Shown: positions 9,007-16,393 of the stretch, one piece after another
Position numbering within the stretch: position 1 is the stretch's first letter
Layout: each line of letters starts with the position of its first letter
NCBI GenBank assembly: GCA_003165595.1
Contig: PLWQ01000006.1
Span: forward strand, 69,061-133,060
DNA length: 64,000 nt
Reading direction: 5' to 3'
Origin: Fibrobacterota bacterium
Lineage (GTDB): Bacteria; Fibrobacterota; Chitinivibrionia; Chitinivibrionales; FEN-1185
Made by a program: the position numbers and the translations under genes
The notes under the pieces: generated by a model
The model's database searches: none
The model's input: only the letters and a program-made list of their open reading frames with translations
What the model was told of the DNA's origin: nothing

Positions 9007-9150
9007 AAAACCATTCGCCTAATTGCCAATTACCTCTCATCTGAAGTCCCTTCAAGAAAAAACACCTGACAATGTACCTCCCATGAGTATTGTTGCGGCG
9101 CGTCAGTTCAGTTCAGCCGAAAAAAAAGTTGTGGCGACCAGTCCTTTGCC

Positions 9151-9294
9151 CTGCGCCAGGTTGGACCGACGGTGCTCTAAAGAGCAGTGCCGGTTGACCC
9201 CGCCGTCAGGCGTTGGGGCAATCCGGCACCGAGTCCGCATGGACGAGCCGCGAGGGAGAACCGCCGCCGTCTTCGGCGGGGCGCCAAGATTTTC
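9151..9294 (+). repeat. GC-rich structured intergenic element, full copy 4 (diverged)
   Basis: Head CTGCGCCAGGTTGGACCGACGG; P1 TGCTC-TAAA-GAGCA; P2 outer GTGCCGG (9187-9193) / CCGGCAC (9223-9229); then CGAGTCC and GAGCCGCGAGGGAGAACC; tail hairpin CCGCCG-TCTT-CGGCGG; end GGCGCCAAGATTTT. It lies head-to-head with copy 3. Confidence 0.75.
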
Positions 9295-9394
9295 ATCTTT
9301 ATTAATACGATATGTCTTAGTTGTCAACTTTTAACTCCGAACCTTCAACGTTGAACTTCTTGCTTTACAAGCTGGCGAATATTGATTTATAGAC

Positions 9395-9817
9395 ATGAAA
9401 AACCTCCTTCACCTCCTCCCCCTCTTTCTCTATCTCCCCGTGGGCCTCGTCTCTTTCTCAATGGCCGCCAAGAGCCTGCACTCCCGCTCCTTCATCCCGT
9501 TCCACCGGCAGGCAGCTCAAAGAACTCTAACCTCCCTCGAACCCCCGCTGCAATCCGTGACACTCGCGCTCATGAGAGTCTCGGGCCTGGGATTTCTCGT
9601 GGTTGGCCTGCTGCTCACCATATTCCCTGTGGTCAACTACTTCCGGCCGCATAAGTTCGCGCAATTAGCAATCCCCGCGGTTTGCCTGGTGTATTGCGCG
9701 GGGCTATCCGTTGCCAACTACTCCCTGCACAAGCAAACGAAAGCCGCCACGCCGTGGAAGGCCGCGCTCGCGGCCGCGGTGATGATTGCCGCGGGAATGG
9801 TGGCAGCGGGGTTGTGA
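9395..9817 (+). CDS. Small integral membrane protein, function unknown
   Basis: 140 aa with four hydrophobic segments (LLHLLPLFLYLPVGLVSF, GLGFLVVGLLLTIFPVV, AIPAVCLVYCAGLSV, ALAAAVMIAAGMVAAGL). No clear RBS. Confidence 0.45.
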   Translation: MKNLLHLLPLFLYLPVGLVSFSMAAKSLHSRSFIPFHRQAAQRTLTSLEPPLQSVTLALMRVSGLGFLVVGLLLTIFPVVNYFRPHKFAQLAIPAVCLVYCAGLSVANYSLHKQTKAATPWKAALAAAVMIAAGMVAAGL

Positions 9818-10105
9818 GCGATGGGAAATGGCTGTATATGGTTGGCACGTCGAAGACAAAAAACCGAAGTCCCTTTGCCTCCTTGTAAGCGTTTTGCGCA
9901 GCGGGCAGCCTAAAGGAGCACTGTATGCCATGGAAAAGGCGGACAAAATGGCCAGATTGAGAGGTTGTCTGCCAGGCGGGATATTGGGTTTCTGTGGCAG
10001 ACATGATGTAGTTGGTGTGCATGTGTCCGGCGACATTAATTATAATATAGTGCGCACCAAAGGAATACGTCCGTCCTGCCTGCAAGAATGGAAAGGCATA
10101 AAAGC

Positions 10106-10594
10106 ATGAAGGAAAAGGTATACGTTGAAACTTCCATTTTCAGCTATCTGACTTCAAAACCATCTCGGAACATTCTTGCCGCTGCGTGGCAGAGTCTGAC
10201 GGTAGAATGGTGGGAAAAGCGGAGACGTGATTTTGACCTATTTATTTCTGAGCTTGTGCGTGAAGAAGCACTCGGTGGGGATAAACAAGCAGCCGCGAAA
10301 AGGATAGCGGCGATGGAAGGAATCCCGCTTCTCAAAATTACAGACGAAGTGGTATCATTAGGTAGGACGTTCCTTGAGCCCGGGCCTTTGCCCAAAAGGG
10401 CTAGCGGGGATGCATTGCATCTTTCCCTTGCCTCTATTCACAAAATGGATTATTTACTGACCTGGAATTGCAGACATCTTGATAATGCTGAAATCAAGCC
10501 AAAAGTAAGAAAACTATTATCCCAGAAGGGTCTTTCAATTCCCGAAATATGTACACCTCAAGAGCTCATAGGAGATAAAAACAATGAAGAATGA
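10106..10594 (+). CDS. PIN-domain (VapC-like) toxin
   Basis: ORF 10088..10594; the likely start is ATG 10106 (MKEKVYVETSIFSYL). The protein is PIN-like, with an acidic residue after the first beta-strand and GDALHLSLASIHKMDYLLTWNCRHLDNA near the C-terminus. The gene is low-GC. Confidence 0.7.
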   Translation: MKEKVYVETSIFSYLTSKPSRNILAAAWQSLTVEWWEKRRRDFDLFISELVREEALGGDKQAAAKRIAAMEGIPLLKITDEVVSLGRTFLEPGPLPKRASGDALHLSLASIHKMDYLLTWNCRHLDNAEIKPKVRKLLSQKGLSIPEICTPQELIGDKNNEE

Positions 10595-10745
10595 AATCTT
10601 AGAAGAATTATGGAAAGTTAAGGACGAATTAGGCGAAAAGTATGGAAACAACATTGATGCTTTGGCGGACGCAATGAAAACGAAAGAGAAAGCCGAAAAG
10701 AACGGGGTCATTGACTTGTCGCATAATCAAAAAGCAGCAGCATAA
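10584..10745 (+). CDS. Unannotated 53-aa ORF, candidate cognate antitoxin
   Basis: Below the 60-aa cut-off of the ORF track. ATG 10584 overlaps the PIN stop by 11 nt. It translates to MKNEILEELWKVKDELGEKYGNNIDALADAMKTKEKAEKNGVIDLSHNQKAAA, which is small, charged and helical. Confidence 0.5.
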   Translation: MKNEILEELWKVKDELGEKYGNNIDALADAMKTKEKAEKNGVIDLSHNQKAAA

Positions 10746-10850
10746 TGTACCGAAATAAGAATACAAAATAACCGCCAGCTTGTCTTGGTCTGCTGGTTAG
10801 TGGTGCGCACAAGTGTGAAATTAGGGCGAAAATGACGTCGAACACACGGC

Positions 10851-10999
10851 CCACCAACACGCGCATGCCGGGCGGTCAAAGCCGCCCCAAATTGCCGCAT
10901 TTTACATTGGAAAAGGCTCGTGTCCGCGCTTCGCTGGCACGAGCCTAAATTATAGGCGGGAACTTCGGCATTGCGTGGAACGTTGTGGGGCAATTTGCC
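10851..10999 (+). repeat. Island junction repeat, composite X+Y, copy a
   Basis: X is CCACCAACACGCGCATGCC...GCCCCAAATTGCCGCATTTTACATTGGA (10851-10911). A 9-bp hairpin AGGCTCGTG/CACGAGCCT is inserted at 10914-10946. A diverged Y, TTATAGGCGGGAACTTCGGCATTGCGTGG, follows, then GGGGCAATTTGCC. Confidence 0.7.
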
Positions 11000-11166
11000 T
11001 GGCCCTTTCAAGAAAAAAATAGAAATGGGCGGTCGAGAAAGAAAATTTGTTTGCGCGGAAAAAGCGCCACATCGTGTGGCGAATAAGGAGCCCGCACCGG
11101 ATTTGAATTTCGACATGTTTGTCCGGTCAATGATAGGCCAATTAACTGCGTTCGGGGATAAATAAC

Positions 11167-12087
11167 GTGCCTAAGACAATACATGAAATCCATACCTCGC
11201 ATTGCTTGATTAATGGCGATTCGCGGGACCTTTCTTTCATAAACAATGAAACCGTGCATCTGGTCATTACGTCGCCGCCCTACTGGAACCTCAAGCGATA
11301 TAACGACAGCCCGGCGCAAATGGGCCATATTGACGATTATGAAGATTTTCTATCCGAATTGTCCAAGGTCTGGCGCGAAGTCCACCGAATCCTTGTTCCC
11401 GGTGGCAGGCTGGTTTGCGTCGTTGGCGACGTTTGCCTTTCAAGAAAAGAGCACGGCCGGCATCTGGTCATGCCTCTGCATGCCGACATTCAGGTACTGT
11501 GCAGAAAAATCGGGCTCGATAACCTTAATCCGATAATCTGGCATAAAATATCGAATGCCAAATTTGAAGCGAATACGAGCGCGAAATTCCTGGGCAAGCC
11601 TTATGAACCGAATGCGATAATAAAAAACGACATTGAATTTATCCTTATGCAACGGAAACCGGGCGGCTACAGACAGCCGACCGAGATCCAGAGAAAATTA
11701 AGCATGATCCCAAAGGACAAATTTGACGCATGGTTCAGCCAGATCTGGAATATTACCGGTGAATCGACACGAGAGCATCCGGCACCCTATCCTCTTGAAC
11801 TTGCAGACCGTTTGGTGCGGATGTTTTCATTTGTCGGAGACGTTGTTCTTGATCCATTCTGTGGTTCAGGAACAAGTATGTTGGCTGCTATGCAATCTGG
11901 CCGACATAGTATTGGAATTGAGATTGACCCGGAATACTGCAACATGATTGAGCATCGCATGGATCATAATTCTCTTTTTAAGACATCCTCGTTCCTTCGC
12001 TTGAATCCCGCTAAAAAGAAAATCAACGGCGAACTGATTGATTTTTACAACAAGGTAGAACGCGAATATTCTTCTTTGGTCGCATAA
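11167..12087 (+). CDS. DNA methyltransferase, beta-class (N4-cytosine or N6-adenine)
   Basis: 306 aa with a GTG start. Motif IV (ITSPPYWNLKRY) is N-terminal and motif I (VLDPFCGSGTS) is C-terminal, which is the circular order of beta-class amino-methyltransferases. No recognisable restriction endonuclease lies next to it. Confidence 0.85.
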   Translation: MPKTIHEIHTSHCLINGDSRDLSFINNETVHLVITSPPYWNLKRYNDSPAQMGHIDDYEDFLSELSKVWREVHRILVPGGRLVCVVGDVCLSRKEHGRHLVMPLHADIQVLCRKIGLDNLNPIIWHKISNAKFEANTSAKFLGKPYEPNAIIKNDIEFILMQRKPGGYRQPTEIQRKLSMIPKDKFDAWFSQIWNITGESTREHPAPYPLELADRLVRMFSFVGDVVLDPFCGSGTSMLAAMQSGRHSIGIEIDPEYCNMIEHRMDHNSLFKTSSFLRLNPAKKKINGELIDFYNKVEREYSSLVA

Positions 12088-12351
12088 AACGCTCTACCTG
12101 TGCCCGTCCTTGGCTCAAGTATAAACGGCGCAAAGTGCAAAAATCAAAATCCAGTGAACGCAGGCAAACCGCTCCCCTCTCAGGTCAGCAGGAGATCTAC
12201 GATTGTGGAACCAATCTTTTGCCCGGCGTTAGTTGGACCGGCGGGTTTGCCGCTTGACATGACGGTTTCGCCACCCGTCATGGTTCGACTGGCTCACCAC
12301 GGGTGTCAGCCAGTCATGTCAAAGACTCCGCCGCGGCTTCCGTCGGGTAGC

Positions 12352-12388
12352 GAGATTGTAGGCGGGCACGGCGGGCGGGTGCGTGGGA
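12352..12388 (+). repeat. Island junction motif Y, copy c
   Basis: Reads GAGATTGTAGGCGGGCACGGCGGGCGGGTGCGTGGGA. It is preceded at 12221-12245 by a head-like fragment of the GC-rich element (TGCCCGGCGTTAGTTGGACCGG) and at 12252-12322 by a long imperfect palindrome. Confidence 0.7.
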
Positions 12389-12539
12389 AGTTGCAAGCAA
12401 TTCTTGCGTTCAATGAGATTGATAAGTTTGCGCCTAAGAAAATTCAGGTAAGACCTGGTTAAATCTATTTTGAATATAGAAGAATGCAGCGCCCCAAAAC
12501 ACGCCGCGTCGTACGGCAATTTAAGCAAAGAGATTAGCG

Positions 12540-13382
12540 ATGAAGAAAAAAGCAATGGTAGATAGAAGCCTCCCCTCCGTACCCACTCCCTTCGTCCTTT
12601 ATACTGCCGCTGATGGCAAGGTTAAGGTTGAGGTATTCGTTCAAGATGAAACGGTATGGCTGACTCAGAAGCATATGTCTGAACTGTTTTCAGTCGATGT
12701 TCGTACGATAAGCGAGCACCTCCGCAATATTTTTGACAGCAACGAGTTGGAAGAATCGGCAACCGTCCGGAAAATCCGGACAGTTCAAAAAGAAGGTACC
12801 CGCGATGTATCACGCGAACTTGCTTTCTATAACCTTGATGCCATTATTGCCATCGGGTACCGCGTAAATTCGTATCAGGCGACGCAATTCCGCATATGGG
12901 CGACAAAAACACTAAAAGAGTTCATTATCAAAGGCTTTGTTCTGGACGACGACCGGCTCAAAAATGGAAAGACCTTTTTTGGCAAGGATTATTTCGAGGA
13001 ACTACTTGAACGTATCAGGGAAATTCGCGCGAGTGAGCGCCGGTTTTACCAGAAGATAACTGATATTTATGCGCTTGCGGCTGATTACGACAAAAATTCG
13101 CCTATTACCAAGGAGTTTTTCGCTACAGTTCAGAATAAATTGCATTGGGCAATTACCGGGAAAACCGCTGCAGAAATAATTTACGATTCAGCTGATGCAA
13201 AAAGGATTTATATGGGGCTTACCAGTTGGAAGCAGGCGCCTGACGGCAAGATAATGAAAACAGATGTTGTGGTTGCAAAGAATTACTTGAATAAAGCGCA
13301 TATCGACGAACTAAACAGAATCGTCTCTGCATATCTTGACCTCGCTGAGAACCAAGCGAAACGCCAGAATAAACCTGTTTAA
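12540..13382 (+). CDS. RhuM family protein (virulence/Fic-DOC-associated family)
   Basis: 280 aa. It reads VWLTQKHMSELFSVDVRTISEHLRNIF...AIIAIGYRVNSYQATQFRIWATKTLKEFIIKGFVLDDDRLKNG...IREIRASERRFYQKITDIYA, matching the conserved RhuM core. Confidence 0.88.
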   Translation: MKKKAMVDRSLPSVPTPFVLYTAADGKVKVEVFVQDETVWLTQKHMSELFSVDVRTISEHLRNIFDSNELEESATVRKIRTVQKEGTRDVSRELAFYNLDAIIAIGYRVNSYQATQFRIWATKTLKEFIIKGFVLDDDRLKNGKTFFGKDYFEELLERIREIRASERRFYQKITDIYALAADYDKNSPITKEFFATVQNKLHWAITGKTAAEIIYDSADAKRIYMGLTSWKQAPDGKIMKTDVVVAKNYLNKAHIDELNRIVSAYLDLAENQAKRQNKPV

Positions 13383-13412
13383 GAATGTATGGTAGCGTTC
13401 CAATTTACGTGT

Positions 13413-13509
13413 CCACAACACGCGCATGCCAGACGCAGAGCTGCCCCAAATTGCCGCATTTTACATTGGACAGATTTTAGGCGGGCACGGTAGTCGGGTG
13501 TGTGGAGCG
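13413..13509 (+). repeat. Island junction repeat, composite X+Y, copy b
   Basis: Reads CCACAACACGCGCATGCC-N12-GCCCCAAATTGCCGCATTTTACATTGGA, with the last 28 nt identical to copy a. It is directly followed by CAGATTTTAGGCGGGCACGGTAGTCGGGTGTGTGGAGCG. Confidence 0.75.
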
Positions 13510-13644
13510 TTTTTACTGATAATTTGCCCGGCATAGGAAGAAACCGCTTCGGGCGCAATACCGGTCGATAATCAGCAGAGGGTTAGAGTCTCAAGGAAAT
13601 CAAAGCTGACCACAATTTTTAAATTGCATGAGAAAGGGACGTCT

Positions 13645-15279
13645 ATGAATGTCTCCACGAGTTTAATAAGGATCTTTTTGCCGGCTAGTTTCCTGGGCTT
13701 GCTTTTCTTCGTCTCATGTGCTCAATCGCAAAGCAATCCGAATGTAACCACAGCGAGTACCGTCAGCCCGAATTCGTCCGTGTTGCAGAGAGTCGATAAT
13801 CTCGAATATCGTTTGAATCTAGAATCAACTAATTCCGAAAAGCGGTACAAGGACTTTTCTGACGTAGTCACCCTTGTTGGGTCTCTGTTTGGGGGATTTA
13901 TTGCTCTCTTCACTATCCTGACCTTTGTTATTAATTTCTTGCGTGACCAACAGCAGCGTAAAGACTATTTGACGGAACGCAAATTCTATGAGGAGCGTGC
14001 AATCAACACCGAAAAGCGCGATACCAAATCCGCAGAGCAGCAGATCAATCTTGGAAATAACGTATTGACTCACTCTAACGATATTCTCGCACAACAGATT
14101 GATAATATTAACAAACTGGGATCAGTAATTGCTTTGGTTCGAGATACATTCCAGCTTCAATTCAACCGCGAAAAGGCACAAAGCAATTTGGTGGAAATGC
14201 TTAATGCAACCAACAAAGTTGTCGAACAACTCCAGAATGATTTTCAACGAAAATTTGACGACGCGGCCCAGTTAATGTTAAACAATTTCAAGAACTACAA
14301 AGCCATGGACTGGCCATCTATTTCGGACGAAGCCTTAAACCTCGCAGCAAGGGCTAGAACCAAATTCGAAGGAGTCCCGGCACATATTCTTGAAAAAGAA
14401 AAAATCAACAGGCCCTATGAACTAGCCTGGATTTTTCAATTGATGGGCACCAGCGCTTTTTATGCCAACGATATCGCTTCTGCGCTTTCCCAACTCAAAG
14501 ATGCCGACGACATCTTCAATTCCTGTCCATTCCGACCCGATTATGGCCTTAAACATGCATACACGAAATATTTTCTTGGATTAATTGAAAAGAACTGGCA
14601 ACAAGAGACCGGGGTTACGCGCAGTAACCTAAAAGCGGCCTTTGACTACCTGCAAAAGGCTTGCGATCTGGTTAAGGAAGATAATAAACAATTCCTCATC
14701 CCAATCACATTTGCAGAGGTTCAATCATATCGTGACGATCAACGCGACGATGCGAACAGATTAATTGATGACATTCTCAATCGTTTTGACAGAATTGGTT
14801 ATGAATCCTTAGACAATAACCAACGCTCGCTGTTCATGCGAACGAACTTGCTCAAAGGCAATATTTTGTTCAAAGCGAAGGATCCGACGTGCTGCAACTG
14901 GTATAGAAACGTATTTGAAAGGAACAAGACAAACGCCTATGCACACCTATCATATGCACATTCGCTCCCGCCAAATAAGGCCCAGGAAGCCGGAGAACAT
15001 TGGAAGCTTGGGCTAAATTACTTGATAAGTTCCGGAGCTGTCCGAAAAAGAGAAACAACAACGAGAGTAATGGCGCTCACATGGGCAATTGTAGCAGCGA
15101 CAAAGTGTAATGACAAAAACAGTTTGGAAGGATATGGAAATGAACTGGAATCAGCGTCAAAGAATTTACAAAGCATTGGCCAGCGCATACCCCTTTTCTT
15201 CTCTCCTATTTCAAAGGACTTGCTAACTATCGAAGACTTGAAAAATCAATTAGATCAATATCTTGGACAAAAAACCTGA
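13645..15279 (+). CDS. Lipoprotein-signal, single-TM, all-helical protein of unknown function (545 aa)
   Basis: ORF 13624..15279; the likely start is ATG 13645. It has a lipobox-like LLFFVSC and a second hydrophobic helix, VVTLVGSLFGGFIALFTILTFVINFL. After that come a Q/N/K-rich coiled region and a TPR-like helical region. The gene is low-GC. No family was recognised. Confidence 0.65.
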   Translation: MNVSTSLIRIFLPASFLGLLFFVSCAQSQSNPNVTTASTVSPNSSVLQRVDNLEYRLNLESTNSEKRYKDFSDVVTLVGSLFGGFIALFTILTFVINFLRDQQQRKDYLTERKFYEERAINTEKRDTKSAEQQINLGNNVLTHSNDILAQQIDNINKLGSVIALVRDTFQLQFNREKAQSNLVEMLNATNKVVEQLQNDFQRKFDDAAQLMLNNFKNYKAMDWPSISDEALNLAARARTKFEGVPAHILEKEKINRPYELAWIFQLMGTSAFYANDIASALSQLKDADDIFNSCPFRPDYGLKHAYTKYFLGLIEKNWQQETGVTRSNLKAAFDYLQKACDLVKEDNKQFLIPITFAEVQSYRDDQRDDANRLIDDILNRFDRIGYESLDNNQRSLFMRTNLLKGNILFKAKDPTCCNWYRNVFERNKTNAYAHLSYAHSLPPNKAQEAGEHWKLGLNYLISSGAVRKRETTTRVMALTWAIVAATKCNDKNSLEGYGNELESASKNLQSIGQRIPLFFSPISKDLLTIEDLKNQLDQYLGQKT

Positions 15280-15362
15280 AGCACAGGTTCCCCGCACATC
15301 CGTCCGAACGTCTTCGATATATCACCCGGTGTGCACGATCATCCGTGACTGTGCGCCGTGGC

Positions 15363-15399
15363 GAGATCATAGGCGGGCACGGCGGGCTGTGCGCACACG
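15363..15399 (+). repeat. Island junction motif Y, copy d
   Basis: Reads GAGATCATAGGCGGGCACGGCGGGCTGTGCGCACACG, ~45 nt upstream of the 15441 start. Confidence 0.7.
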
Positions 15400-15440
15400 T
15401 TGCGGTTTTTTGTCAACCATCCTGATACCCGTGAAAAACC

Positions 15441-16223
15441 TTGTCCATAACCATTCCCGTGCAAAACATCACCCGTAAATCCCTCATCTACAAAAGCGGC
15501 CTTGGCTTCTATTGCGTGAACCATGCGCAGGGCTGCAGCCACGGGTGCAGGTATCCGTGCTATGCGTTTTCCATGGCTGGCCGTTACGGCCGGTCGGCAG
15601 GGTATGATGACTGGTGCAGGCCAAAGCTTGTTGCAAATGCCCCGGCGCTGCTGGACAAGGAGCTTCCGAAGCTGAAGAAGAAGCTTGGTGTTTCTGCGGA
15701 TGCGGATGAATTCCGCATACATTTGTGCCTGACCACGGACCCGTTCATGGTCGGCTGGCCGGAAATTCGGGCCATGAGCCTGCGCATTGTCGAGAAAATC
15801 AATGCCGCCGGCCTTACCTGCGATATTTTGACAAAGGGCATTCTTCCCCGCGAACTGGCAGGCCCCGCATTCAATAAGAAGAATCGTTACGGGATAAGCA
15901 TCGTGTCACTCGACGAGGATTTCCGGAAGCGCTGGGAGCCGGGAGCTGCCCCGTACGCGGACCGCATAGGCGCTTTGCGGTACCTGCACGACAGGGGCTT
16001 TCCCACGTATGCGCATATCGAGCCGTATCCGACACCAAATATTTTCAAGCAGGATATAGCAGCGCTGGTGAATGCCGTAGCCTTTGTTGACTCCCTGTAC
16101 TTCGGCGGCTGGAACTACAGTACCGCGGCAGAGAAATACCCGGACCGTACGGCGTTTTACGAGGAGCAATCCAGGATAGTAAAAGCGTTATGCCGCAAAC
16201 ATAACATTGAGTGCGAAATGTAG
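15441..16223 (+). CDS. Radical-SAM-like protein (SplB/COG1533-like), atypical Cys motif
   Basis: 260 aa with a TTG start. It reads VNHAQGCSHGCRYPCYAF, a CX3CX3C spacing instead of CX3CX2C. The rest resembles a TIM-barrel-like radical SAM core (IHLCLTTDPF, GISIVSLDE). The assignment is tentative. Confidence 0.55.
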   Translation: MSITIPVQNITRKSLIYKSGLGFYCVNHAQGCSHGCRYPCYAFSMAGRYGRSAGYDDWCRPKLVANAPALLDKELPKLKKKLGVSADADEFRIHLCLTTDPFMVGWPEIRAMSLRIVEKINAAGLTCDILTKGILPRELAGPAFNKKNRYGISIVSLDEDFRKRWEPGAAPYADRIGALRYLHDRGFPTYAHIEPYPTPNIFKQDIAALVNAVAFVDSLYFGGWNYSTAAEKYPDRTAFYEEQSRIVKALCRKHNIECEM

Positions 16224-16393
16224 GTATCAGGAAGGATTACAGTCCTATGCCCCCCAAAAGAACGTGGCGGCTTGTGCCGTGGGTGTATTGAGGGATTTGT
16301 CTCGTCTTGACAGGATCACGGGCAGGTCGTACAATCAGGACTGCGGCGGACCCTGCTTCGGAATCTCTGCCGGCATCCCCACGGAGGATTTTC

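Noticed and set aside
10727-15722. Minus-strand ORFs 10727..11116, 12319..12555 and 15339..15722 that share the peptide PAVPAY(N/D)LAT
   Set aside because: The shared peptide is the reverse translation of the Y junction motif. The rest of each ORF is unrelated, and they span intergenic spacers. I treat them as a non-coding repeat.
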